Virus record (IMG/VR): IMGVR_UViG_3300027708_000053
Source: an uncultured virus (IMG/VR IMGVR_UViG_3300027708_000053)
Lineage: Duplodnaviria > Heunggongvirae > Uroviricota > Caudoviricetes
Length of the DNA stretch: 20,000 nt
Reading direction: 5' to 3' (one strand)
A program made the position numbers and the translations under genes. The notes below the pieces were generated by a model that had not been told where the DNA came from, made no database searches, and saw only the letters and a program-made list of their open reading frames with translations. Position 1 is the first letter of the stretch. Each line of letters starts with the position of its first letter. This document shows, piece after piece, positions 1 to 9,210 of the stretch.

Positions 1-2
1 TT

Positions 3-1940
3 GTTAACACTGTAAACACGACTGCTCTTATCGTCAGCCAGCCTTTTAATAATTCTTTCTCAGCTTCTGCAAACTCTCATTATAAAATGCCGGTTGTCGC
101 CGAACCTACATCAATTGTGATTTCTGGATCAAACGGATATATATCGAATACCAATCTAACATCTGTTCAGATAGCAATTACAAATTCATCATTATCTGGA
201 ATTTACTTCTCTGTAGGTGAGAAAGTTGATATGACAGATGTCAGTTTGGTAAACCAAGGCGCAAATGCTGTTGTAGCTTTTTCCAATTCTTCAACTGTTA
301 TCTTATCGAGTGTGGCCGGAACATGGCAAGCTAATAGTGGCGGGAATCAGTTTTATGTAAGTGGTGAATCTTCTTTACAAAAATCCCAAATTATGTCGGT
401 TCAAAGTAATCCTAATATTACCATTAGTAATCCTTACGGTGAATTTAAACTTGGTTATCCTGTAACATTTAGAACTACAGCAAACGGTACTTCAAGTGGT
501 AATGCAACTTTGATTGCTAAAATATCATTACCAAATGATCAAACAGAATATCAGATTGGACCTACTGTAAAAGTGACAGGTGACGGCTCCAACGTTGTTG
601 CAATTGCTGTTGTCAATACATCGGCTAATTCAAGTTATAATATTGTTGGTATTAATATAGTAAATCCAGGTACGGGGTTTACACAAGCAAATGTTTCAAT
701 TTATGCAAATACAAATTATGGTATTGGTGCGCAAGCCAGAGCAATTATATCTCCTGTATATGGTCATGGATATGATGCCGTAACTGAACTTGGTGGTAGA
801 TATGTTGGTGTTGATGCTGTATTTGATACCATAACAAATGAAAGTTATAAAATACTAGGTTATGGTTCTTATAGAAAAGTTGGTATTCTTCAAGATCCAC
901 AATTTAAAGACATTAAAGTAACTCTTACAAATTTTGATAGGACAAACTTTACTCTTAATACTTCAAGTTATTCTTCTACAGGTGGTGGATGGACAGCAGG
1001 CGAAGTTGTTCTACAATCATCAACCAATGCTGCTGGCGTTGTTGTTTATGGTAACTCTTCGTTCCTTCAACTAAAAAGTGTTAAGGGAACATTTAATATC
1101 TCAAATACAATCTATGGATATTATTCTAATTCAACAGCAAATGTAAATGCGGCCAATACAATTTATTTTCCTGTAGGTAATTCTGCAGAAATTATTACTG
1201 AGTCCAATTCAGGGTCGATCGGCATAGTAACCTCAATAGTAAACAATAGTGTATATTTCATGAGTAATGTTGTCGGTCAGTTTGTCGCCGGAGATATTAT
1301 GTATGATAGTGTTGTAAATGCTTATGCTACTGTTTCCAGTATCTATACTGCTAACGGTACAACCGATGTATCTTCTAGTTTTGGTATTCATTTTAATCAA
1401 ACCGGAAGAATTACTCTCACGGCTAATACCGGAGCATTTTCCAATAATGAATATGTTCAACAAGAGATTTCACTTGCAAGCGGTAGAATTATTTCAAATA
1501 GCGATGAAAAAGATCTATTGGTTTCCTCTATGAGTGGAACAGTTGCAATTGGGCAGACTGTAACCGATACTACAACAGGTGCTAATGGTATTTGTATTTT
1601 TGCAAACTCTACTTATATAAAATTGACCGCTGTAAGTCAAAGTTTATCTTTCGGTCCAACCCACACTATAAATAATGGATTAGGATCTACAGCAACTATT
1701 TCTTCTGTTTATCCTGTTTTAATTTTGAGCGATGTTTCAGACGTAAATAATTTTCAAGCTGGTTCAAATGCTATCATTGGTCAGACTTCAGGGGCTTCAG
1801 GTACTTGTAATAATTATCTGTTAATTACAAATCCCGATTTGGTTAGAGATTCAGGAAAAATGATTTACGTGGAAAGTTTTACACCAGTTACTCGTTCAAC
1901 AACTTCTAAAGAAGAAGTCAAACTGATTATAAAGTTTTAA
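3..1940 (+). CDS. gp8: T4-like baseplate wedge subunit gp8, expanded with repeat insertions; 5'-truncated (reading frame is open from the window edge)
   Basis: The frame is open from nt 3 (VNTVNTTALIVSQPFNNSFSASANSHYK-MPVV), so ATG 87 is internal. It carries motifs typical of gp8 in T4-like cyanophages: ARAIISPVYGHGYDAVTELGG, YRKVGILQDP, and C-terminal SGKMIYVESFTPVTRSTTSKEEVKLIIKF. It lies directly upstream of a DUF4815 gene. Confidence 0.85.
   Translation, partial: VNTVNTTALIVSQPFNNSFSASANSHYKMPVVAEPTSIVISGSNGYISNTNLTSVQIAITNSSLSGIYFSVGEKVDMTDVSLVNQGANAVVAFSNSSTVILSSVAGTWQANSGGNQFYVSGESSLQKSQIMSVQSNPNITISNPYGEFKLGYPVTFRTTANGTSSGNATLIAKISLPNDQTEYQIGPTVKVTGDGSNVVAIAVVNTSANSSYNIVGINIVNPGTGFTQANVSIYANTNYGIGAQARAIISPVYGHGYDAVTELGGRYVGVDAVFDTITNESYKILGYGSYRKVGILQDPQFKDIKVTLTNFDRTNFTLNTSSYSSTGGGWTAGEVVLQSSTNAAGVVVYGNSSFLQLKSVKGTFNISNTIYGYYSNSTANVNAANTIYFPVGNSAEIITESNSGSIGIVTSIVNNSVYFMSNVVGQFVAGDIMYDSVVNAYATVSSIYTANGTTDVSSSFGIHFNQTGRITLTANTGAFSNNEYVQQEISLASGRIISNSDEKDLLVSSMSGTVAIGQTVTDTTTGANGICIFANSTYIKLTAVSQSLSFGPTHTINNGLGSTATISSVYPVLILSDVSDVNNFQAGSNAIIGQTSGASGTCNNYLLITNPDLVRDSGKMIYVESFTPVTRSTTSKEEVKLIIKF
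1667..1674 (+). promoter_or_regulatory. Possible internal T4-type late promoter (TATAAATA) inside gp8, about 275 nt upstream of the DUF4815 gene
   Basis: Exact TATAAATA match, but it is intragenic in AT-rich DNA and could be chance. Confidence 0.35.
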
Positions 1941-1949
1941 GAGGATAGA

Positions 1950-4900
1950 ATGGCACTAGATACAGACCTTTCACGTAAGCCTTACTTCGATGATTATGAT
2001 GTAACGAAGAATTTTTATCGTGTATTATATCGCCCAGCGGCTGCCGTTCAAGCACGAGAACTCAATCAGATGCAAACTATTTTGCAAGATCAGATTGATA
2101 AATTTGGCCGTCATATTTTTAAAGAAGGTTCTGTTGTTGAGGGTTGTGGATTTACGTTTGATAATGCTTACAACTATGTAAAGATTAAAGATAATTATGC
2201 TAATAATTCTGCTATTTCAAATATAAATGATTTTGTTGGTAAAATTGCTATTAATAATAACGGGTTACAAGCAAAAGTTGTAAATGCATTAGGTGGTTAT
2301 GAATCTTCTGATCCAGATTTAAACACTCTTTATTTAAAGTATTTGAATTCTAGTACATTTGCAAATGGTTCTCAGCAAAGTGTATTTGCAAATAGTGAAG
2401 TAATTCAAATTCAAACTTCTTCAAATGTGAATATTGGAAATGTTGTTGTTGCTACAGTTTCCAATTCAACAGGTCAAGGATATGGATTTACCACAACTGA
2501 AGGTGTAATCTTCAAGAAAGGTTTCTTTATTAGAGTTCAGCCTCAAACTTTGGTTGTATCAAAATACAATAATGTCCCCGATAATATTTCCGTTGGGTTC
2601 GATGCAGTAGAAGAAATTGTTACTCCTGAGATTGATACATCACTTCTTGATAATGCTGCCGGTTCTCCAAATTATGATGCTCCTGGTGCACATCGTTTGA
2701 AACTTGTTCCTACTCTGGTTACAAGAGCATCTAATACCGTATCAAATACCACTTCATTCTTTTCACTTTGTGACTTCAAGAATGGTCTGCCGGTTTCAAT
2801 TAAGAATGATCCGCAATATGCGGCCTTGTCTAAAGATACAGCCCGCAGAACGTATGAAACAAACGGCGATTACATTGTCAATCCGTTTCTACTGAGCACA
2901 ACCAAGAAAATTTCAAATGGTGCTGCAAATACCACATATAATAGTATTGTTGCATCACCAGGTATTGGTTATGTAAAGGGATACAGAGTTGAGTTTATCA
3001 ATAATAATACCGCTGATCTGAGAAAAGGTCTTGACTATGCAACTGTTAACAATCAGATTGTAACAGCCACATTTGGTTATTATCTAAATGTAAATGAATT
3101 TTGTGGGGATTTTAACAACAAAAATGCGACCCAAGTCGATCTACATAGTGTGGCAAAAACAGCTATTTCAGGAAAAACATTTCTAAATACTTCATATTCC
3201 GCCACTACAAAAATCGGTACTGCTTATATTCGTGGTGTTGGTTATGCATCAGGCACTCCAGGTGTTGATGCTGTATATGAAATCTACGTATTCAATATTC
3301 AAATGCTACCAGGTCAAAAGATTTCCGATGTACGAAGCATAATTTATTCAAATGGTAGTTTATTGGCAGTAGCTGATATTATTCTCGATAAAGACTTCAA
3401 CGGTGTTAACGTTGCTAAAATACAAGCTTCAAATGCAGAATTGATGGTTTATCCATTCGGACAAAATGCTATTAGACCTGAAGGATTCTCAACAACAGCT
3501 CAATACGTTTATAGAAATAGAGTCAATTCAAGTTTTGTTGCTGTAAGTGGATCTTTGGCTCTTACAATACCCGCCGTTGTAGGTACAGGTACCGAGTCAT
3601 TTAATTATGGTACTGGAACCTTATCACAATCTGCCGAAACATCATTTATTATAATACCTTCTGCAAATGGATATAGCACAACTAAAGCAGGGACTGTATC
3701 GGTCAATACATCATCTACAAATGTTGTGGGATCCTCTACTTTATTCGTATCACAATATCAAGTCGGTGATTATTTTTATTGTAATACAGCTACAAAAAGA
3801 ATTGTAGCTGTTACAAGTGATATTTCAATGACTGTTGATTCCGTATTTGCTTTCACATCTTCCGGTCTTACGCATCAAAAGACCTGGCCGGCCGGTGTTC
3901 CTATTAATTTTGCTTCTCTTTCAAGAACAATTAATATTACTTCAGGCACCACAGCCAATGTTGCTTTAGGTGAGTCAAGTAATGCTGATTTTACGGCATC
4001 AGTATATTTCAATACTTTACGATCAAGTACAGTACCTATCGCTAAGCAAATAAAAAAGTCAACCTATATCAAGATTCAAGCAAATACCAACGCTGGTGGA
4101 GTTACAGGGCCTTGGTGTCTTGGTATTCCAGATGTTCGCAGATTAAATGCCGTTTATATTGATGAAACTGGTGGAACTTATGCCAATACAAATCTTAATA
4201 TTACGGGTTCTTTTGGTTTAAATAATGGTCAACAAGATTCATATTACGGTCTTGCATATATTTCTTCTGGAAGACCAATCGCACCAAATGCAACACTGCT
4301 TGTTTCAGTAGATAATTTTGTTGCATCTCCTTCTCAAGGTGTTGGATTCTTTACAGCCGCTTCGTATCCGATCGACGATGCTAATACATCAAACACTTCC
4401 GCAATTCAGACATATCAGATACCACAATATACTTCAACGATTGGTACTGCGGTTGATCTTAGAGATAGTATTGACTTTAGACCATACGCTGTAAATACAG
4501 CCGTAGCTAATGCTACAATTGTATCCGCAACAGTTAATCCTTCAAATACTCTTACTCTGCAAACATATGGATCCGGTGGAGCTTATCTTGTCTCACCTGA
4601 TACAAATTATCAGTCCGTTGTTCAATATTACTTACCGAGAAAAGACAGAATTGCTTTAACAACAGCCGGTGAAATTCTTGTGACTGAGGGTGAATCTTTG
4701 TTGGCGCTTGTTCCGCCGAACGAAATTCCTGGTACCATGACTATTGGTTTTGCTACAGTGACACCGTATCCTTCTCTCACTCCAACTGAAGCTAAAACAT
4801 ATAATCGTTATGATTATTCTATTCAAACTAGTCTGCTTCAGACAAAACGCTACACTATGGCGGATATTAATAAACTTTCAAAGAGAATTGAAAGACTTGA

Positions 4901-6443
4901 GTATTATACTTCTTTAACACTCTTGGAACAATCGACAAATTCCTTATTGGTTCGTAGTGATGCGACAGGACAAAATCGTTTTAAAAACGGTATTTTGGTT
5001 GATCCTTTCAGAGATCATTCGATCGGTAATACAAATGATAAAAGCTATAATATTTCAATCGACAGAAATACCACGGAAGCCAGACCAGTATTTAATCAGA
5101 TGACAGCCGATCTTCAGTTTGATTCGGTATCATCAACAGCTGTTAAAACTGGCGACTTAATTCTTCTACCTTATACCGCAAATAACTTAAATCAGAGTCA
5201 AAAATTTGCTTCCAAGTATAGAAACTGTATCGAAGGCAATATATATAATTATCGCGGAACACTTATTTTAAATCCCCCCGGCATTACAGCTCCGGATCTT
5301 TTACAGCGTCCGTTAATTAATTCAACTATTGATAATTATACCAACTTTGTTGGCGGAGGATCAAGTAGTAGACTTGGGACTGAATGGGGCAATTGGACCG
5401 ATGCTGGAAATCCTTCTCTTGTTGGTCAAAACAGTCAAACAAATTTAACTGCCAGTTCTCAGGATTCGCGAACTTTTGCAACCACAACCACGTCAACATT
5501 GGCTCAACAACAAACTCGTGTCGGTAGAACTTTTACGACACAGCCTACTGAAACTACAATTGATAATGGTGATTATGTCACAGATGTTTCAATACAAACA
5601 TTTGTACCATCTAGAGATGTATATTTTACCGCTAAAGGTATGAAACCAAATACAAATCTTTATGTATATTTTGATAGTGTTAACGTAAGTAATTATTGTC
5701 TAAATCTGATTCCGTATGCTGGATCTTGGGCACAAACGGGCGGTAATTATATAACAACAGCCGGTGCTTATACTTATATTGCTTATGATGGAACTGTTTA
5801 TTCACACACTAATAACTGGGGTGGACAAATAACTAGTGATAGTTACGGTAATGTCTATGGTATCTTTAAAGTGCCGGCTAATGTATTTAAAAGTGGTCAA
5901 TTAGAATTTAAACTAACTGATATTTCAAATCTAGCTCAAGGCGAAAGTGCCGTAACTACTCAAGCTACATATAGTTTATTTTGTTCTGCTCTTTCTGTGC
6001 AAAAACAAAAATCATTGTTGACAATAAGATCGGCTCAAATTGTTACACAAGAAGTTTCAGATACTCAAACAATATATCAGAATTCTACAACCACAAATGA
6101 ATGGAAAGTGGCGTTGCCAGTGCTGACAGCCCAAACCCCGCCGGGTGGCGGGTCGCAGCCACCAACAGGTAATACTTCAATAGCATCAACCGATACCACT
6201 CAACCGCCAACTACTCCCATAGATAATACTGTACCGGATATTGGTTATTATGCACCACCAAATGACTATACTGGCGGAACCGTTGATATGGGTTCACCTG
6301 GTAACGGTGGTGAAAGTGACTCTGGCGCGGCCGGACCTGGTCCAGGAGCGGATGCGGCCGCTAGTAGTTCTGACGGTGATTCTAGTGATGGCGCTGGAGG
6401 AGATGCTGGTGGTGATGGTGGTAGTAGTGGTGGTACCGATTAA
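1950..6443 (+). CDS. DUF4815/VrlC-like large virion (baseplate-associated) protein, N-terminal part
   Basis: The N-terminus PYFDDYDVTKNFYRVLYRPAAAVQARELNQMQTILQDQIDKFGRHIFKEGS and the motifs APGAHRLK, LRDSIDFRP, YTMADINKLSKRIERLEYYTSLTLLE and RFKNGILVDPF are characteristic of this family. SD GAGGA at 1941-1945. Confidence 0.88.
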   Translation: MALDTDLSRKPYFDDYDVTKNFYRVLYRPAAAVQARELNQMQTILQDQIDKFGRHIFKEGSVVEGCGFTFDNAYNYVKIKDNYANNSAISNINDFVGKIAINNNGLQAKVVNALGGYESSDPDLNTLYLKYLNSSTFANGSQQSVFANSEVIQIQTSSNVNIGNVVVATVSNSTGQGYGFTTTEGVIFKKGFFIRVQPQTLVVSKYNNVPDNISVGFDAVEEIVTPEIDTSLLDNAAGSPNYDAPGAHRLKLVPTLVTRASNTVSNTTSFFSLCDFKNGLPVSIKNDPQYAALSKDTARRTYETNGDYIVNPFLLSTTKKISNGAANTTYNSIVASPGIGYVKGYRVEFINNNTADLRKGLDYATVNNQIVTATFGYYLNVNEFCGDFNNKNATQVDLHSVAKTAISGKTFLNTSYSATTKIGTAYIRGVGYASGTPGVDAVYEIYVFNIQMLPGQKISDVRSIIYSNGSLLAVADIILDKDFNGVNVAKIQASNAELMVYPFGQNAIRPEGFSTTAQYVYRNRVNSSFVAVSGSLALTIPAVVGTGTESFNYGTGTLSQSAETSFIIIPSANGYSTTKAGTVSVNTSSTNVVGSSTLFVSQYQVGDYFYCNTATKRIVAVTSDISMTVDSVFAFTSSGLTHQKTWPAGVPINFASLSRTINITSGTTANVALGESSNADFTASVYFNTLRSSTVPIAKQIKKSTYIKIQANTNAGGVTGPWCLGIPDVRRLNAVYIDETGGTYANTNLNITGSFGLNNGQQDSYYGLAYISSGRPIAPNATLLVSVDNFVASPSQGVGFFTAASYPIDDANTSNTSAIQTYQIPQYTSTIGTAVDLRDSIDFRPYAVNTAVANATIVSATVNPSNTLTLQTYGSGGAYLVSPDTNYQSVVQYYLPRKDRIALTTAGEILVTEGESLLALVPPNEIPGTMTIGFATVTPYPSLTPTEAKTYNRYDYSIQTSLLQTKRYTMADINKLSKRIERLEYYTSLTLLEQSTNSLLVRSDATGQNRFKNGILVDPFRDHSIGNTNDKSYNISIDRNTTEARPVFNQMTADLQFDSVSSTAVKTGDLILLPYTANNLNQSQKFASKYRNCIEGNIYNYRGTLILNPPGITAPDLLQRPLINSTIDNYTNFVGGGSSSRLGTEWGNWTDAGNPSLVGQNSQTNLTASSQDSRTFATTTTSTLAQQQTRVGRTFTTQPTETTIDNGDYVTDVSIQTFVPSRDVYFTAKGMKPNTNLYVYFDSVNVSNYCLNLIPYAGSWAQTGGNYITTAGAYTYIAYDGTVYSHTNNWGGQITSDSYGNVYGIFKVPANVFKSGQLEFKLTDISNLAQGESAVTTQATYSLFCSALSVQKQKSLLTIRSAQIVTQEVSDTQTIYQNSTTTNEWKVALPVLTAQTPPGGGSQPPTGNTSIASTDTTQPPTTPIDNTVPDIGYYAPPNDYTGGTVDMGSPGNGGESDSGAAGPGPGADAAASSSDGDSSDGAGGDAGGDGGSSGGTD

Positions 6444-6461
6444 TCAAAATTTGTATGTATA

Positions 6462-6469
6462 TATAAATA
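6462..6469 (+). promoter_or_regulatory. T4-type late promoter (gp55 sigma, TATAAATA)
   Basis: Exact TATAAATA in the 48-nt intergenic gap, 22 nt upstream of ATG 6492. Confidence 0.8.
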
Positions 6470-6491
6470 TTTAAAACGGAACAAAAAGTAA

Positions 6492-8987
6492 ATGACGAAG
6501 CCAATTGCTCAAACTTTTATTGTAAATGAACCTGACAAAGGTGTTGATGCTGTTTTCTTAACAAAAGTAGATTTGTTTTTCCAAAGCAAATCGTCTACTT
6601 TTGGTGTTGAGCTACAAATAAGAGAAACTGTTAACGGTTTTCCTTCAAGCAAAGTGGTGCCATATGGTTCCAAAACTCTTTATACATCACAAGTTAATAC
6701 AAGCCAAGACTCTTCGGTAAGTACAACGTTTACTTTTGATACACCTGTAGTTTTAAGAACCAATGAACAATACGCTTTGGTTGTTGTTCCTATCGGGGGT
6801 AATCCAGATTACAATGTTTGGATTGGTGCACTTAACGGAACTGATATTGTAACTAATACTCCAATTTTTACTAATAATCAGCTCGGTTCTTTGTTTATAT
6901 CATCAAATGATTTAAATTTTACTCCGATTCAAAGCGAAAGTATGAAATATAATCTTTATACAGCATTGTTTACCGCTTCTTCAGCAACTGCAGTATTTAA
7001 AAACTCTGCAATTGATAGATTCTCTACCAACAAACATATTGGTATATTTTCTAGAGGTGAACAAATTGTTGTTTCCAACAACTCTTTACAAATATCTTCG
7101 TTGACAATAAGTGGTTCTAATACTTTTACCGTTGGGGAAACTGTATTTCAGCCTGCCGGAACTGTTACTGCTAATCTTTCACAAGCCACGGCATACGGAA
7201 ATGTTATATTTGCAAATACAACAGCGGTTGTTATGAGTAATACTTACGGAGCTTTTGATACAATCAATACATTAAGAAGTTATACATCAAATCTTGTTGC
7301 TACCGCCCCGTCATTTGCAAATCAAACTGTTGTTACAACCTCCGCTTGTAACGTTATCACTGTACCGAATGCAAATTCAACTACAATTACGGACTTTACG
7401 GTAAACAATTACATCTATGTCGGGACTAATACAGGTGCTAATGTAAATGTTAAAAGAATTACATCCATTTCACCTACTTCTAGAACCTTGACTTTAGATT
7501 CAAATATTAACTTTTCAGATACAAGTGCTATCATTGGTAGAGTGAGAGCCGATGCAAATCTGAGAGGATATTTCAGTGCGATTACACCTGGTTATAATGG
7601 TATTCTAAGTATCTATGCTGTTTCTGCCAATTCATCGCAAAATTTTACTAACAGTAATGGTCAAATTCTTATTGGTGTTTCATCAGGTGCTTCCGCACAG
7701 ATTAACAAAATTGTTGATACGAATTACCAAAGTATAACAAGTCAAATTTCAAATATATACCCAAATCAAACCGATATAGCTTGGGGATTTGAAGGGACTG
7801 ATACCAGCAGAAATGTGGATTCTTCTTACATAACTGTTGATAGTGATATACCATATGAATTCATTGATAAACCTAGAATGCTGGTGTCCAGAAGTAATGA
7901 ATATGCATATTTGAGCGGCAATAGATCACTGTCTGTTTCTGCATCCTTAAGTAGTTCTAATACAAAGATTAGCCCATATATTGATACGATTCGTAATCTT
8001 GCAACATTAACTGATAATGTTATTTGTAAGCAATCTGATCTATCTGGATACAGAATTGCTTACAGTAATACAAACGGTAATTTTTATGCCGGTGATAATA
8101 TTCAGCAAGCCAATTCAACTGTTACTGCTAGTGCCACTGTGTTCTCATCTAATTCAAGCACAATTTATGTAGTCAATGTAACTTCTTCTAATGTTTCTTC
8201 GGTGGCTAAATTTGTTTCATCAAATACCACAGTATACAACACAACACAATCAATATCAGCTAATATTACTGGTGTGACTGCGTTTGGTGAAGTCAGTGGT
8301 TATGCTCAAAAATATGCTTCTAGATATGTTTCAAAAAACGTTATTCTTGCGGATCAACAAGACGCGGAAGATATGATTTGTTATATCACCGCATATAGAC
8401 CTACTGGCAGTAACTTTAAAGTCTATGGTAAATTCTTGGCTGGTGCTGATGCAGATAGCATTACAAGTAAAGATTGGTCCGCTATGGCTGAATTGTCGGA
8501 TCCTACCCTTACCAGCAGTCTTGTAAATAAAGATGACTTCGTCGAGTTGATTTATGATCTACCAACTTCACTTATGATTATTGCCAATAGTGCCTCGGTG
8601 AATACAACTTCGGCAAATATTACGGTAAGTTCAACTGCCGCATTTACCGCCGGTGGATTTGTTTATGTGGCTGCTAATACTTCTTCCAATACAATTGGAT
8701 TTAATGTTAGACAAGTTGTAGCAATACCTAATTCCACTGTATTGACCGTATCTTCTAACTTGTCAATAGCGTCTGCTAATGCTACGGTTGGAGTGATCCC
8801 AGGTCTTGAGTCTCAATACGGTGCGTTTAAATATGCTAATAATAACAACATCATTCGATATACTACTTTGAATGATGGTGTATATGAAACATTTAAAACT
8901 TTTGCGACTAAGATTGTTCTGATTTCCAATACAACTCAGATTATTCCTAGAATGGCAGATATGCGTTGTCTGGCTTTACAAGTATAA
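6492..8987 (+). CDS. DUF4815/VrlC-like virion protein, C-terminal part encoded as a separate gene
   Basis: Starts PIAQTFIV..VFLTKVDLFFQSK..VELQIRETVNGFPS..VPYGS, which matches the DPLAQ[TS]F block of fused VrlC-like proteins. Ends SRYVSKNVIL..YRPTGSNFKVYGK..FKTFATKIVL..PRMADMRCLAL, the typical C-terminus of those proteins. Confidence 0.82.
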   Translation: MTKPIAQTFIVNEPDKGVDAVFLTKVDLFFQSKSSTFGVELQIRETVNGFPSSKVVPYGSKTLYTSQVNTSQDSSVSTTFTFDTPVVLRTNEQYALVVVPIGGNPDYNVWIGALNGTDIVTNTPIFTNNQLGSLFISSNDLNFTPIQSESMKYNLYTALFTASSATAVFKNSAIDRFSTNKHIGIFSRGEQIVVSNNSLQISSLTISGSNTFTVGETVFQPAGTVTANLSQATAYGNVIFANTTAVVMSNTYGAFDTINTLRSYTSNLVATAPSFANQTVVTTSACNVITVPNANSTTITDFTVNNYIYVGTNTGANVNVKRITSISPTSRTLTLDSNINFSDTSAIIGRVRADANLRGYFSAITPGYNGILSIYAVSANSSQNFTNSNGQILIGVSSGASAQINKIVDTNYQSITSQISNIYPNQTDIAWGFEGTDTSRNVDSSYITVDSDIPYEFIDKPRMLVSRSNEYAYLSGNRSLSVSASLSSSNTKISPYIDTIRNLATLTDNVICKQSDLSGYRIAYSNTNGNFYAGDNIQQANSTVTASATVFSSNSSTIYVVNVTSSNVSSVAKFVSSNTTVYNTTQSISANITGVTAFGEVSGYAQKYASRYVSKNVILADQQDAEDMICYITAYRPTGSNFKVYGKFLAGADADSITSKDWSAMAELSDPTLTSSLVNKDDFVELIYDLPTSLMIIANSASVNTTSANITVSSTAAFTAGGFVYVAANTSSNTIGFNVRQVVAIPNSTVLTVSSNLSIASANATVGVIPGLESQYGAFKYANNNNIIRYTTLNDGVYETFKTFATKIVLISNTTQIIPRMADMRCLALQV

Positions 8988-8991
8988 ACTT

Positions 8992-9207
8992 ATGACTGAA
9001 ATTTTAAAAGTAAAAGATAATAAGGATCTTGTTAGGTTAAAAGACAGCAAAGCGGTTTTAAATACTAACTCAAAAGAGCTTGATAAATACAAGCAGGATC
9101 GCGAAGAGAAAATTAAATTGCAAAAGTTATTTAAAGAAAATGATCAGCTTAAGAATGATGTAGAAGAAATTAAGTCTTTATTAAGACAACTGATAGGGCA
9201 GAAATAA
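8992..9207 (+). CDS. Small coiled-coil phage protein of the kind that follows VrlC-like genes
   Basis: 71 aa, K/E-rich, KVKDNKDLVR..SKAVLNTN..LKNDVEEIKSLLRQL. Tightly packed between its neighbours. Confidence 0.75.
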   Translation: MTEILKVKDNKDLVRLKDSKAVLNTNSKELDKYKQDREEKIKLQKLFKENDQLKNDVEEIKSLLRQLIGQK

Positions 9208-9210
9208 AAT

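Noticed and set aside
6110..6492. Intein/Hint domain or mobile intron at the DUF4815 split
   Set aside because: No C[FL]..G or HN intein motifs and no endonuclease; the 48-nt gap is too short for a self-splicing intron.
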